Shown here: positions 19,585 to 30,226 of the stretch, in pieces
How positions within the stretch are numbered: position 1 is the stretch's first letter
How the letters are laid out: each line of letters starts with the position of its first letter
Assembly (NCBI GenBank): GCA_044445785.1
Contig: JBIOEF010000002.1
Coordinates: forward strand, 13,831-77,830
Length of the DNA stretch: 64,000 nt
From: Caulobacterales bacterium
GTDB taxonomy: Bacteria; Pseudomonadota; Alphaproteobacteria; Caulobacterales; Caulobacteraceae
Direction of reading: 5' to 3'
Program-made: the position numbers and the translations under genes
The notes under the pieces: model-generated
Database searches by the model: none
The model's input: the letters and a program-made list of their open reading frames with translations, nothing else
What the model was told of the DNA's origin: nothing

Positions 19585-19972
19585 CATCGGTCGCGGGGCA
19601 GACTTCAGCCTCAGATGTAGAGAATGGCCACCAGGATCGCGGCGACGAAACCCAGGGCGCCGACCACAAGCGCCAAGCCGCGCCATCGCGCGAGGCGACG
19701 GTAGGCGTTGCGCTTTGGCACTTCGCGAAGCATTTGCTCAGATTCCCCTGCGAAGTGCGGGCCGCATACGGGACCGATATCGCTTGCGCTCTTATGAACG
19801 GAAGCGCCTGAGCCGACCTTGGCTACCCAATTTGGGTAACTGAGCGTTTCGAGCGCTGGGTTTGATCTAGATACCTTCGCGACGGCGCCGCCGATGTGCG
19901 TTGCGAGCCGGAGATGTGCTCAACGCACGTTGAGGCGACAACTTGGTCGCCGTGGGGAGCGCCTTTCGTTGG

Positions 19973-20027
19973 AACGTCCGCCTTGGGTCGCAAGCGGCCG
20001 TTGGCAGACAGCCGGAAAGCGGACTTC
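19973..20027 (-). repeat. GTCCGC palindromic repeat unit (reverse orientation)
   Basis: Reverse complement gaagtccgctttccggc-tgtctgccaac-ggccgcttgcgacccaaggcggacgtt matches the units at 58210, 59663 and 63427. Confidence 0.8.
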
Positions 20028-20059
20028 AGAGCCAAGCTCCGGATCGTGACCGGACGTCG

Positions 20060-22261
20060 CTACCCTGCGGCCAGCTTGGGCTCCGTCGGTGCGATCACCT
20101 GGGCGATTCCGACCAGCAAGGCGGCCGGAGAGATGGGTTTGGCGACGACGTCATTCATTCCGGCGGCCAGATAGATTGCTCGCTGGTGGGCCATGGCATT
20201 GGCCGTGAGGCCGATTATCGGGACATTTGCGGCCTCGCCACGCAACGCGCGGATGGCCCTCGTGGCCTCGATGCCATCCATGTTCGGCATCTGTATATCC
20301 ATGAGGATCAGATCATGGCCGCCGCGCTTGGCTGCAGCCAGTCCGGCGAGGCCGTCTTCCGCCTCCTCGACGTCAGCGCCCAGGCGGGACAACATTGTGC
20401 GGGCGACAAGACGATTGGTGCCGTTGTCGTCCACCAGCAGGATTCGGATGCCGCCCAACAGGACCTCCTCCGCCTCGCCGGCCATCGCGGCGCTGGCCCT
20501 CGTCGCTTCGAACTCGAACCAGAAGGTCGAACCTTCGTTTTCGACGCTGGAGAAGCCGATGTCGCCCCCCATCATGTTGGCCAGGGCCCGGGCGATCGAG
20601 AGCCCTAGGCCCGTGCCCCCGAAGCGCCGGGTGGCGTCGCTCTCGGCTTGTCGAAACCGTTCGAAGAGGTGGGCCTGAGTCTGAGGGGACATGCCGATTC
20701 CCGTGTCCTCGACTTCGATGCGAACATGGCCGCGCCCCTCAGTGGTGGTGACTTCCCGAAGACGCACCGCCACGTGGCCCTTGGCGGTAAACTTCACGGC
20801 GTTTCCGACTAGGTTGAAGATGACCTGTCGCAAGCGCAGCGGGTCAACTTCGAACCAAAGCGGCCCGGCCTGCACATCGCAGGTCAGGTCCAGGCCTTTT
20901 TCGAGCGCCTGGCCACGGAGCAAGGCCGACACCGCCTTCAGAGTCTCGGCCACATCCGTCGGCTCAGGCGTCAGGTTCAATTGGCCGGCTTCGATCTTCG
21001 ACAGGTCTAGGACATCGTTCAGGAGCTGGGTCAGCAAGTAGCCGCTGTCGTTGGCCTGACGCATCAGTTGCCGCCCTTCCGGCGAAATGTTTTCCGCTTC
21101 CAGCAGATGGAGGGTCCCCAGAATTCCGTTCATGGGGGTTCGTATCTCGTGGCTGACGTTCGCCAGGAAGTCGGCCTTAGCGGCGTTGGCGGCCTCGGCC
21201 TCAGCTTTGGCTTCGCGCAGCGCGACCTCGTCCGCCATTTGCGCGGTGATGTCTCGGCCAACGCAGATGATCGCGGTGGCTGCGCCGTTGTCGCGAACGG
21301 TCGCGACGCTGGTCTGAAACCAAAGCCAGCGTCGATCGCGGTGGCGTACGCGCGCGGTTACGACCTCCGTCCGCGTGGGATCGTTGGACAGCCTGGCGAA
21401 CACCTCCGCCATCTCCCTCGCGCTCTTGGGGTGCAGCAATTTGGCAAGGCGAACGCCGATCAGCTCCTCGGGGCGATACCCCAAGGCGGCCAGAGACGCG
21501 GGAGAGACGTACTGGCAAGCGCCAACCAGATCGATCCGCACGATCACGTCGGTGATGGTCTCCGCTAGAATCTCGTAGCTGTTCAGGCTCTGCGTCAGCC
21601 AGCGCTGCTGCGCCTGGGCGGAAGGCGTGCCAAGGGCGCGGCCCAGGTTGAAGATAGTCGCCAGGCCCAGCATCGACCATACCGGAAGCAGCTGGCGCCA
21701 GTCCCGTCCGTCGGCCAGGGCGAGCGTGGTCAGGGCCGCCACCGCGGGCGCCGCGCCCGCTAGGAGGAACATCACCGGGGCCGTGTAGAACAGCATCGCA
21801 AAAATGGAGGCGATAGCCACGATCAGACTGACGCCGCTGGCGAGTCCCTCCGGCAAGCCGGTGGCGCAAAGCACGCCGCCAAGCAGGAGCCACCAAAGAT
21901 TTATCGTCACATAGTTCGCGATGAAGTTGCCGCGCTGCGGCCACCCGACCGCGCTACCTCGGAACTGCTCGCGGGTGGCGAACCACGACCAGGCCTCCAC
22001 CACGAGGCCCCCGACTATCCAGCCGATGCCAGCCGCCTGCGGTACGATGAGCAAGGCCGCCAACCCGCCGAGAACCACCATGACAACTCGGATCGCGACT
22101 ACGGCATGGAGAAGTGCGGCCGCTTCATCCATTCGCTTGGCGAAGGTCGCGCCCGCTCGGCCGCCGCCGGGATCTGGCGCCGAGGCCTGGATCAACCGCC
22201 CCACGGCTGGTCTGATCCACCCCTCACGGCTGCGGCCGAGGCTTGCGCCGTCTCTGCTCAA
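20060..22261 (-). CDS. Membrane-bound hybrid sensor kinase (TM-PAS-HisKA-HATPase-REC)
   Basis: FLANVSHEIRTP, NLVGNAVKFT, GTGLGL, ILMDIQMP; true start may be downstream (MDEAAA). Confidence 0.92.
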   Translation of the reverse strand: MSRDGASLGRSREGWIRPAVGRLIQASAPDPGGGRAGATFAKRMDEAAALLHAVVAIRVVMVVLGGLAALLIVPQAAGIGWIVGGLVVEAWSWFATREQFRGSAVGWPQRGNFIANYVTINLWWLLLGGVLCATGLPEGLASGVSLIVAIASIFAMLFYTAPVMFLLAGAAPAVAALTTLALADGRDWRQLLPVWSMLGLATIFNLGRALGTPSAQAQQRWLTQSLNSYEILAETITDVIVRIDLVGACQYVSPASLAALGYRPEELIGVRLAKLLHPKSAREMAEVFARLSNDPTRTEVVTARVRHRDRRWLWFQTSVATVRDNGAATAIICVGRDITAQMADEVALREAKAEAEAANAAKADFLANVSHEIRTPMNGILGTLHLLEAENISPEGRQLMRQANDSGYLLTQLLNDVLDLSKIEAGQLNLTPEPTDVAETLKAVSALLRGQALEKGLDLTCDVQAGPLWFEVDPLRLRQVIFNLVGNAVKFTAKGHVAVRLREVTTTEGRGHVRIEVEDTGIGMSPQTQAHLFERFRQAESDATRRFGGTGLGLSIARALANMMGGDIGFSSVENEGSTFWFEFEATRASAAMAGEAEEVLLGGIRILLVDDNGTNRLVARTMLSRLGADVEEAEDGLAGLAAAKRGGHDLILMDIQMPNMDGIEATRAIRALRGEAANVPIIGLTANAMAHQRAIYLAAGMNDVVAKPISPAALLVGIAQVIAPTEPKLAAG

Positions 22262-22400
22262 CGAAGCGCTCCGCTCATCGGGCGCAACAAGCGCTCAATT
22301 CCGTAACAGGACGATTAATCGTCTCGCGCGTTCGGCCAGTCCCTTCATCGCGGCTTTGAGCTTGTGGGCGAGCGTCTATGTCGGGTTGGCGGGTCAGGCA

Positions 22401-22433
22401 GAGTCCGCTTTGGGTCGAAAGTGGGTCGAAAGC
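22401..22433 (-). repeat. GTCCGC repeat, partial and internally duplicated
   Basis: gagtccgctttgggtcgaaag-tgggtcgaaagc; reverse complement contains tttcgacccaaagcggac. Confidence 0.75.
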
Positions 22434-22479
22434 CTCCCGAGGGCGCCCGCCCGAAAGCCGGCTGAGCCGAGCAGGAGCG

Positions 22480-24111
22480 CTAGACTCCCCGCCGTCCGGG
22501 CGGCAGGGAGGCGATGATCTGGCGCTCGCCGGCATAGGGATCGTTCACCGCGCGGCTGACGACGTTGAAGATCATCGTCGAGCGAGCGCGGGGGTCGTAC
22601 CTGGGCCAGGAGGCGAGGCCCGCGGCGTTGGGGCTGCCGGTTCGGGCGAAGGCGATCCAGGCGGCGGACATCTGGTCGGCCACCTTCTGCGCCTCGGCCG
22701 CGGAGGCGCCCAGGAGCGAATCCGACTTGCCCACGGTGTCGAACACCATCGGCAGGTCCAGGGAGTGGGGCGAGCGCAGGCGCCCCACCGGCGTCTCGAA
22801 CTCCAGCCGGTACAGATAGGCCGGCGCCGGGCCCAGCGCCGCCTTGCGTTCGGCGAGCGCAATCGACCCCGCGCCCATCCCCCGCTCGGTGGTGATGATG
22901 AAGTAGAGGTCGCTGGCGGAGGCGGCGGGCCGCAGGCGTCGGAAATCGGCGATCACCTTGTCGGCGTCGGCGCCGGCCAGCATCGGGCCGAGCTGGGCCT
23001 TCAGGCCCGGCCAGTCCAGGTCGAAGACGCCTGGCGGGGGGAAGAGCACGGTGGTCTCGGTGGCGTTGTAGCCGACGATCACCGGCACGTCGGCCGATCC
23101 GGCGGGCGCGTCGGGGGTGAAGGGATCGCGCGGCAGGGTCTTGCCGTCGACCACCGGGCCAAAGCCCGCTGGCATCCCCTTGGTCACGTCCTTCAGCGCG
23201 TCCAGCAGGCGGTCGGTCGAGGCGTGCTGCAGGTCGTCCGGATGGCCCGCGCCAATGGACGACATCACCTTGTGGGCGACCTCGGTGGCGGCGTCCGGGG
23301 TCATGCCAGTGAGGCCAGGGCCGCTCTGGATCGCCGCGCGGTGGAAGAGGCCCTTGCCCGCCGGCATGGCCAGCATGGTCGAGACCTTGCCGCCCCCGCC
23401 GCTCTCGCCGAAGATCGTCACCCGGCCCGGATCGCCGCCGAAGGCCGCGATGTTGCCCTGCACCCACTCCAGCGCCGCCACCAGGTCCAGCTGGCCGATG
23501 TTGCCGCTGTCGGCGTATTTCGCCCCGCCGATCTGAGCCAGGTACAGGTAACCGAAGAGGTTCAGGCGATGGTTGAGGGTGACCAGCACCACATCGCCCC
23601 GCTGGCACAGCCGCACCCCGTCGAACACCGCCGCCGAGCCGTTGAACACCGAATAGCCGCCGCCATGGAACCAGACCATGACCGGCCGCTTCTTGCCGTC
23701 GGCGATGCCCGGGGTCCAGACGTTGAGCGCCAGGCAATCCTCGCTCTCGCCGGTCTTCACCGCCCAGCTGGCCCAGGCCGACGTCGGCGGCGGGGCGATC
23801 TGCGGGCACTGGTCGCCGAAATGCTTGGCCTCGCGCACCCCGCCCCAGGGCTTGGGCGGTTCGGGCGGCATGAACCGCGCGCCGCCGCCGGTGGGCGCGC
23901 CATAGGGGATGCCGCGGAAGACGTTGATCCCGTCCTCCACCTCGCCGCGCACCTGACCGTAGGTGGTTTCGGCCACCGGGCCGTCGCCGCCTCCGCCGCC
24001 GATCAGCGGCAGGCCGAACGCCCGGGTCGCCGCCGCGCCCGCCGCCAGGATCGCCGCGCCCTGAATGACCGCCCGCCGGTCCGCCCCGGATGTCCTTGAG
24101 CCTTCCGTCAT
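22480..24111 (-). CDS. Type B carboxylesterase with Tat-like signal
   Basis: DRRAVI twin-Arg, SEDCL.LNVW, HGGGY, GESGG nucleophile motif. Confidence 0.93.
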   Translation of the reverse strand: MTEGSRTSGADRRAVIQGAAILAAGAAATRAFGLPLIGGGGGDGPVAETTYGQVRGEVEDGINVFRGIPYGAPTGGGARFMPPEPPKPWGGVREAKHFGDQCPQIAPPPTSAWASWAVKTGESEDCLALNVWTPGIADGKKRPVMVWFHGGGYSVFNGSAAVFDGVRLCQRGDVVLVTLNHRLNLFGYLYLAQIGGAKYADSGNIGQLDLVAALEWVQGNIAAFGGDPGRVTIFGESGGGGKVSTMLAMPAGKGLFHRAAIQSGPGLTGMTPDAATEVAHKVMSSIGAGHPDDLQHASTDRLLDALKDVTKGMPAGFGPVVDGKTLPRDPFTPDAPAGSADVPVIVGYNATETTVLFPPPGVFDLDWPGLKAQLGPMLAGADADKVIADFRRLRPAASASDLYFIITTERGMGAGSIALAERKAALGPAPAYLYRLEFETPVGRLRSPHSLDLPMVFDTVGKSDSLLGASAAEAQKVADQMSAAWIAFARTGSPNAAGLASWPRYDPRARSTMIFNVVSRAVNDPYAGERQIIASLPPGRRGV

Positions 24112-24279
24112 CAGACCGCCTCCCCACTCATTCCGGCGCCACGCCGGGCGCGACCTTAGCGTCTTGGCGTTCCCGCGAAAGGGGAATCGCGGCGGCGACA
24201 TTGCCGACGGAGCCCTTCGGCGCCAGCGTGTAGGCGGGGCCGGGGGCTTGCGCCCGGCGTCGCCTGGAGACGCTTAGGC

Positions 24280-24732
24280 ATGAAGCCGCTGATGCTCGCC
24301 CTATCCGCCATCGCCGTGGCCCTGGCGGCCCTGCCGGCCGCCGGCGCGCCGCGCCATCGCCACCGTCATCCCGCTCAGCCCATCGCCACGCCCGGTCTCA
24401 CCGGAATCTCCGGCAGCTTGAACGGTCCGACCAATTCCAAGGGCCTGCAAAGGGCGGCGCCCGGGAGCCTCAGCGGCGCCCAGAGCGCCGCCTCGGGGGG
24501 CCAAGGCCTGTCGCAGAGCGCCGCAGGCGGGGGCGCGTCCCAGAGCGCCGCGCCCGGAAGCGTGCGCGGGCGGCGCGGAAAACTGCTGGCCACCGGCGGC
24601 AACCACTACGGCGGCTCGCTGAACTTCGGGACGGGCGGCAAAGGCCACAAGTCCGGCCACGCAGGCGGCCACCCCAAGGGGGTCAAGATCAACGGCTCGG
24701 TCAATCCGCACCTAGGCGCGGTTGGCTATTGA
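24280..24732 (+). CDS. Secreted Gly/Ser-rich hypothetical protein
   Basis: Signal peptide; low-complexity QSAA repeats. Confidence 0.6.
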   Translation: MKPLMLALSAIAVALAALPAAGAPRHRHRHPAQPIATPGLTGISGSLNGPTNSKGLQRAAPGSLSGAQSAASGGQGLSQSAAGGGASQSAAPGSVRGRRGKLLATGGNHYGGSLNFGTGGKGHKSGHAGGHPKGVKINGSVNPHLGAVGY

Positions 24733-24741
24733 GCCGGTGGC

Positions 24742-25122
24742 TCAGGCCGCCAGGCGACGCCAGACCTGCCGGTCGGCCACCAGGTTGGTGAGCGCGCCGT
24801 CCTTCTGGCGCTGGTAGAGCCAGGCCATCACCTCGAAGCTGATCTCCGCGAACTGGGTCTGCACCTGGTCGGGCGAACAGTCGAACGCGGGCGCCACGAA
24901 GAGGGCCGCATTGATGTTGGGGAACTTGACCCCGATCAGGGCCGCCAGGCGCCGAGCCCGGTCAGGCTCCGAATAGTGCAAAAGCGGCGTCTCGGCGTAG
25001 AGTTCCGCCCCCAACCGGCGGATGAACCCCAGCGACAGGCGCCGGAACCGCTGGGCGGCCGCCGACGGCGCCAGGGCGGCGGGGTCCAGCTGGAAGACGA
25101 CGTCGTTGAGCAGGAAAAGCAT
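24742..25122 (-). CDS. Hypothetical protein
   Basis: Clean 126-aa ORF with host-like codon usage. Confidence 0.7.
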   Translation of the reverse strand: MLFLLNDVVFQLDPAALAPSAAAQRFRRLSLGFIRRLGAELYAETPLLHYSEPDRARRLAALIGVKFPNINAALFVAPAFDCSPDQVQTQFAEISFEVMAWLYQRQKDGALTNLVADRQVWRRLAA

Positions 25123-25194
25123 CTGGACCGCGCTGATTGGGAGACGTCAGCGCAGATAGACCCTCCGGGCTTTCCCGGCCGTTGAAGAAGGGAG

Positions 25195-25527
25195 TTAACG
25201 GGTCTCAACCGGTTCGACGAGGAAGTGGCGGCCCTGGGAGTCGTCGATCTCCACCACCCAGAGGTCCGGGTCGATGCGGACCGCGCGGGCGATATAGGCG
25301 TCCAGATCGGCTTCCTGGAGCGAAGCCACCGGCTGCATCCAGACCCGCTCGCCATCGCCCCGGGTGGCCTCGGCGTAGAGCCTGGCTTCCCCGGCCCGGC
25401 GATTGAGCGCCTTGACCAGCACCGCCCCGCCCTTGGCGTCGCCCTTGCGCCCGATCGTGGCGAAACCGCCGGCCAGCTCGGCCCGTCGGATCAGGGCGTA
25501 GACCCAAAGATCGGTGTTGAGCAGCAC
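25195..25527 (-). CDS. DUF1491 family protein
   Basis: WV.ALIRR, GD..GGAVLVK, DPDLWVVEIDD..GRHF. Confidence 0.85.
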   Translation of the reverse strand: MLLNTDLWVYALIRRAELAGGFATIGRKGDAKGGAVLVKALNRRAGEARLYAEATRGDGERVWMQPVASLQEADLDAYIARAVRIDPDLWVVEIDDSQGRHFLVEPVETR

Positions 25528-25621
25528 GCTGAGAGGGACCTTCCGCCGCAGGGGGCGCTAACCAAGGAGAAAGCAAAACGCCCTAGAGCTTGACCTTGAG
25601 TTGGTCGGGCGCCGGGGCATC

Positions 25622-26533
25622 ATGACGATCTGGGGCAAGCGGGCGCAAGCCCTCGCCGCGGCGGCGGGCGCCGTGCTGATGGCGGCCAGCCCCGCCTGGG
25701 CGGCGACGGCCGCCGCCAATCTCTTCTACCAGCGCTCGGTGATGGCTGCGGCCGACCGCGCCTGCAAGCTCTTCGAACCGCCCGTGTCGTCGGCCCTCAC
25801 CGCGGCCAAGCTGCAGGCGCGGGGGGCCGCGTTGCGGTCCGGCATGGACGCCGCCAGCCTCAAGGCTCTGGAGACCCAGGCCAGCGCCGCGGCGCTGGGC
25901 GCGGGCTGCCGCTCGCCCGACATCACCGTCGCCGCCCAGCAGGTGAAGAAGGCCTTCGACGGCTACGCCCAGCTGAGCAAGATGCGTTATCCGGGCGAGA
26001 CCACCGACTGGGTGGCCGAGCGCACCATCGACGACCGCCGCGCCCATTGGCGGCTTTCACAGCGGGTGCGGATCGGCTGGGACACGATGGTGTTCGGCAT
26101 TGTCGGCAACGGCCAGGCCCGGCCGCTGATGGCGGTGGCCAGCTTCGCCGACGGCGCCGAGCCCTATGCCGCCAGGCTGATCCTGCGCGACGCGTCGAGC
26201 ACTTCGGGCCCCTACCTGGCGCGGAACGAGGCCGATATCCGCGGCCGGATCCCTCTCGACGGACGCCTGCCGCCAAGGTCCGCTTCCGTGGTGTTCACGG
26301 CCGAGGCGATGAGCCCGGCGGGCGGCGATCTGCGCCCGGCGGATCTGGCCACCGGATGGGCGTTCCGCTTCCCGGACCAGGCCCAGGCGGCGCTGGCCGA
26401 GCTCGATCCGCGCGAGGCGGTGGCGGTCGAGTTCCTGTTCGCGGGCGACAGGGAAGACGAGGCGCGCACCGCCTATGTGGAGGTCGGCGACTTCGCCGCC
26501 GGGCGGGCGTTCGAGACCCTGGCTCAGCGCTGA
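25622..26533 (+). CDS. Exported hypothetical protein
   Basis: Signal peptide ending AWA; C-terminal YVEVGDFAAGRAF. Confidence 0.75.
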   Translation: MTIWGKRAQALAAAAGAVLMAASPAWAATAAANLFYQRSVMAAADRACKLFEPPVSSALTAAKLQARGAALRSGMDAASLKALETQASAAALGAGCRSPDITVAAQQVKKAFDGYAQLSKMRYPGETTDWVAERTIDDRRAHWRLSQRVRIGWDTMVFGIVGNGQARPLMAVASFADGAEPYAARLILRDASSTSGPYLARNEADIRGRIPLDGRLPPRSASVVFTAEAMSPAGGDLRPADLATGWAFRFPDQAQAALAELDPREAVAVEFLFAGDREDEARTAYVEVGDFAAGRAFETLAQR

Positions 26534-28248
26534 GGGTTGAAGGCGATCACGTTGTCGCCCAGCGCCGCGCTCTTGCGCTCGGTGGGCGAGTTGGGTTCGG
26601 CGAAGCCGTCCGCGCCCAGCATCACCGGCAGGCGCACCGTCACCACCGTCCCTTCGCCCAGCACGCTCTTGATGCTCATCTCCCCGCCGTGCAGTTCGGC
26701 GAAGGCCCGCACCAGCGAGAGCCCGAGCCCGGTGCCAAGCGCCCGCTGGTCGGCGCCGCCGGCCTGCTCGTAGGGGCGGCCGAGCCGCTCCAGGTCGCCG
26801 GGCGCGATGCCGACGCCGGTGTCGGCGACGATCAGCTCCAGGTCGCCGCCCTGGGCGCGGGCGACCACGTTCACCTGGCCGCCGGAGGGGGTGAACTTCA
26901 GGGCGTTGGAGATCAGGTTCAGCACGATCTGCTTGATCGCCCGCCGATCGCCGTCCACCTCCAGCGGCTCGACCGGCAGGGCGCCGCGCAGGGTGATCCG
27001 GGCGGTGTCGGCCTGCACGCGGGTGAGCCGCAGCGCCGCCGCCACCGACTCGCGGGCGTCGAACGGCTCGCGCGAGAGGGTGAACCGGTCCGCCTCGATC
27101 TTGGAGATGTCCAGCACGTCGTTGATCAGGTCCAGCAGGTGCCCACCGGACTCGTGGATCAGCGCCGCGTACTCGGCGTAGCGCACGCTGATCGGGCCGA
27201 AGAGCTGGGTGCGCATGATGTCGGAGAAGCCGATGATCGCGTTCAGCGGCGTGCGGAGCTCGTGGCTCATGTTGGCCAGGAACCGCGACTTGGCCGCCGC
27301 ATGGCCCTCGGCGTCCTGCCGCGCCTGCTCGAGGAAGGCCTCGTAGGCCCGCTCGTGGCTGGCGTCGCGCACCAGCGCCAGCGCCTCGCCGCCTGGCAGG
27401 GCGCTGAGGTCCACGGCCAGCCAGCGATCGGGCGCCAGGGGAGGGGCGAAGCCGACGCTGGCCGCGCCCGTGCGGCGGGCGAGGGCGACGGCGGCCCTGG
27501 CCGCGTCGCGGTGCGCATCGCAGGCCAGGCTCTCGAAGGGCCGGCCGACATAGCCTTGGGCCGCGCCGTCCTGGGCGCCGGAGAACACCTCCCGCGCCAC
27601 GCCCTCGGCGTCCAGCCGCAGCAAGAGCTCGGGGCTGGCGCCCAGCAACGTCTTCAGCCGTCCGGCCTCGTCCGACTTCAACGCTTCGCGCTCCTCACTG
27701 CGCGCGCGATTCATCAGCAATGCAGCGGCCAGGCCGACGCCCGCGGCGGTGAGGGCGATCAGCGACAGCCACAGGCCGCCGGCGGCTAGGAGCGGGGCCA
27801 GACCGACGGCCGACGCCAAGGCGATGGCGGCGACCATCGCCGCGGTCAGCGCCGCGCTCACCGCGATCAGCCGCCGGTCGTCGAGGGTCGCGGCCGCCGT
27901 AGCTGGCGCCAGGGCCAGGGCGCCCAGCGGTCCGGCGATGCCGCCGGTGAGCCAGAGCGCCGCGCCGATCCCCAGCGGCCAGGCGATCGCCGTCAACGCC
28001 TTGGCGGCCCAGCCGTTCGTCCAGGGCAGGATCAGGCCGACGACGCCCGGCGCGGCGGCGCAGGCCAGCGCGACGGATACGCCCTCATCGCCGCTCGCCG
28101 CCGACCAGACCACCGCGCAGACGCCAAACGCCGCCAGCCAGGCGCCGTGCCAGTTCCTGGCCGCCCGCATCGCCGCTGCGCCTATGGCCGTCTTGGTCGC
28201 CATCACCCCCGCCAACCGCATCCTCGAGGAACGGCTCGAACCCACCAA
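26524..28248 (-). CDS. divJ: DivJ-like cell-cycle histidine kinase
   Basis: N-terminal TMs, KSRFLANMSHELRTPLNAIIGFSDIM (PdhS/DivJ H-box), C-terminal NVIAFNPQR; neighbours DUF1491, kinase, sufE; start uncertain. Confidence 0.8.
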   Translation of the reverse strand: MVGSSRSSRMRLAGVMATKTAIGAAAMRAARNWHGAWLAAFGVCAVVWSAASGDEGVSVALACAAAPGVVGLILPWTNGWAAKALTAIAWPLGIGAALWLTGGIAGPLGALALAPATAAATLDDRRLIAVSAALTAAMVAAIALASAVGLAPLLAAGGLWLSLIALTAAGVGLAAALLMNRARSEEREALKSDEAGRLKTLLGASPELLLRLDAEGVAREVFSGAQDGAAQGYVGRPFESLACDAHRDAARAAVALARRTGAASVGFAPPLAPDRWLAVDLSALPGGEALALVRDASHERAYEAFLEQARQDAEGHAAAKSRFLANMSHELRTPLNAIIGFSDIMRTQLFGPISVRYAEYAALIHESGGHLLDLINDVLDISKIEADRFTLSREPFDARESVAAALRLTRVQADTARITLRGALPVEPLEVDGDRRAIKQIVLNLISNALKFTPSGGQVNVVARAQGGDLELIVADTGVGIAPGDLERLGRPYEQAGGADQRALGTGLGLSLVRAFAELHGGEMSIKSVLGEGTVVTVRLPVMLGADGFAEPNSPTERKSAALGDNVIAFNPQR

Positions 28249-28415
28249 TCTAGACTCTTACCACCTGGCTCGCGAGGCGGCTCAATCCCTAGGCGATCCT
28301 CGATCAAGGCGGGCGATCCTCAGATCAAGCCCGAACGCGGGATGGAAACGGAATCGTAAGCGCAAGGCCGCTAACCTATCGCTCCCAATAAGGAAAATGT
28401 GAGGCCGCAGGGCCC

Positions 28416-29192
28416 ATGGCCGATCCGGCGCCCCTCTTTCCCACCGATCAGCACCCCGGCGAGCGGCGTCAGCCGCACAGGGGACGCCGCCGCTCGGCCC
28501 TCGACGAGCAGAAGCGGTCGTTCCTGCGCATGGTCAGCCACGAGCTGCGCACCCCGCTGAACTCGATCATCGGCTTCTCCGAGATCATCTCCAAGGAGCT
28601 GGCCGGTCCCTTGGGATCGCCCCAGTACAAGGAATACGCCGAGCACGTGCGCCAAAGCGGGCTGAAGCTGTTGCGGCTGGTCAATCAGGTGCTCGAGATC
28701 GCCCGCCTGGAGGGCCACGTCACCGATCTGGATCTCTCGCCCGAGCTGCTGGATCACGCGGTCGACGACACCCTCGATGGCCTGCGCGACGAGCTCACCA
28801 GCCACGCCATCCGCATCAAGGTGGAGGATGAGGGGCATTTGCCCGCCGTGGTCGCCGATCCCAGGGGGCTGCGCACCATCCTCGCCAACCTGATCCAGAA
28901 CGCCATCACCTTCTCGCCCGAGGGCAGCGAAATCCGCATCAGCGCCCGGCGCGTGCTTGGCCGCGTCGAGATCGTCATCGAGGATGACGGCGAGGGGATC
29001 GAGCCGGGCGACATGGCGCGCCTGATCCGTCCCTTCGAGCAGGGCGAAAGCGCGCTCACCAGGTCCACCGAGGGCGCGGGGCTCGGGCTGCCGATCGTCT
29101 CGCTGCTGTGCCAGGCCATGCGCGGCTCCCTGCGCCTGGCCAGCGAGCCTGGGCGAGGTCTTCGGGCCCAGGTCACCCTGCCGGCGGCCTGA
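28416..29192 (+). CDS. Soluble histidine kinase (HisKA-HATPase only)
   Basis: SHELRTPLNSIIGFSE, NLIQNAITFS, GAGLGL. Confidence 0.9.
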   Translation: MADPAPLFPTDQHPGERRQPHRGRRRSALDEQKRSFLRMVSHELRTPLNSIIGFSEIISKELAGPLGSPQYKEYAEHVRQSGLKLLRLVNQVLEIARLEGHVTDLDLSPELLDHAVDDTLDGLRDELTSHAIRIKVEDEGHLPAVVADPRGLRTILANLIQNAITFSPEGSEIRISARRVLGRVEIVIEDDGEGIEPGDMARLIRPFEQGESALTRSTEGAGLGLPIVSLLCQAMRGSLRLASEPGRGLRAQVTLPAA

Positions 29193-29260
29193 ACCCTCGT
29201 TGCGGCGCGGCGGCGCGCGCTCTACATCCGGTGACTCCTGGGGCGGACTAGAGTGAGACC

Positions 29261-29716
29261 TTGAGCATCGCTGCGGCGCTGGATGAACTGGCCGACGAGT
29301 TCGAACTCCTGGGCGACTGGGAAGAGCGCTATCGTCATGTCATCGACCTGGGCCGGGGCCTCCTGCCGCTGCAGTCCGCCGAGCGCTCCGACGCCAACAA
29401 GGTGCGCGGCTGCGCGAGCCAGGTGTGGCTGGTCACCGAGCCGCAGGCCGACGGGACCCTGACGTTCCGCGGCGATTCCGACGCGCACATCGTGCGCGGC
29501 CTGATCGCCATCCTGCTGCGGCTCTACTCAGGGCGCACGCCGGCGGAGATCACGGGGTTCGACGCCAAGGCGGCGTTCGAGCGGCTGGGTCTGACCGGGG
29601 CGCTATCCTCCCAGCGCTCCAACGGTCTCTTCGCCATGACCGAGCGTATCCGCCGCGACGCCCAGGCTATCCTCCCTCGCGAAGCGGGGGAGGCGGCGCG
29701 GCGCGCGGCGCCGTGA
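29261..29716 (+). CDS. sufE: SufE family Fe-S sulfur acceptor
   Basis: WEERYRHVIDLG, VRGCASQVWL, DSDAHIVRGL, LSSQRSNG. Confidence 0.93.
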   Translation: MSIAAALDELADEFELLGDWEERYRHVIDLGRGLLPLQSAERSDANKVRGCASQVWLVTEPQADGTLTFRGDSDAHIVRGLIAILLRLYSGRTPAEITGFDAKAAFERLGLTGALSSQRSNGLFAMTERIRRDAQAILPREAGEAARRAAP

Positions 29717-29728
29717 CGGAGGGGGCGC
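29671..29728. repeat. REP-like palindromic element overlapping sufE 3' end
   Basis: CCTCCCTCGCGAAGCGGGGGAGG hairpin followed by ...GACGGAGGGGGCG. Confidence 0.6.
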
Positions 29729-29732
29729 GGGC

Positions 29733-30221
29733 CTAAGCTGCGCGGATTCCGCTCGACATCTGGGTCTGAGGGGCCAGCACCGCGTCGTAGCCCAGGATCA
29801 GGTCCACATCCCGCCCGTTGCTCGCCAACGGCAGGCGCAGCCACAGCAGCGTCATGTGCCCGGCGCCGCGCCAAGCCAGGCTGTGGTGACCGACCCTTGG
29901 CCGCCGCTCTTCGACCACCTGATCCAGCTCACGGCGCCAGTAATCGGCGGCGGCGCTGTTGTAGACGTCGCGCAGGCGCTTGCCGGTGATCTCCCCGCCG
30001 TAGACGCCGTAGAGCCCGGTGCCGGCCAGGCGGAGGCGGTAGTCGCGCGGCTCGCCAGCCACCTCGACCAGGCTCACCGTCGGCAGCAGGCGTTTGAACC
30101 CGGCGGGATCGAGATCGGCGCGGCAGGGAAGGCGTCCCTGGCGCCGCAGACCCGCCCAATAGGAGAACAGCTCCTCGTGCGCGCGTAACGCGCTGGCCGG
30201 CGCTCCCAATTGCACGTTCAT
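29733..30221 (-). CDS. Standalone PAS-domain protein (PAS_5 type)
   Basis: LFSYW..LR...LP.R.DLDP, YRLRLAGT, LRLPL motifs. Confidence 0.85.
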   Translation of the reverse strand: MNVQLGAPASALRAHEELFSYWAGLRRQGRLPCRADLDPAGFKRLLPTVSLVEVAGEPRDYRLRLAGTGLYGVYGGEITGKRLRDVYNSAAADYWRRELDQVVEERRPRVGHHSLAWRGAGHMTLLWLRLPLASNGRDVDLILGYDAVLAPQTQMSSGIRAA

Positions 30222-30226
30222 ATTCG

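Noticed and set aside
19824-19838. Perfect palindrome TACCCAA-T-TTGGGTA
   Set aside because: Single occurrence with no adjacent gene start to link it to; could be chance.
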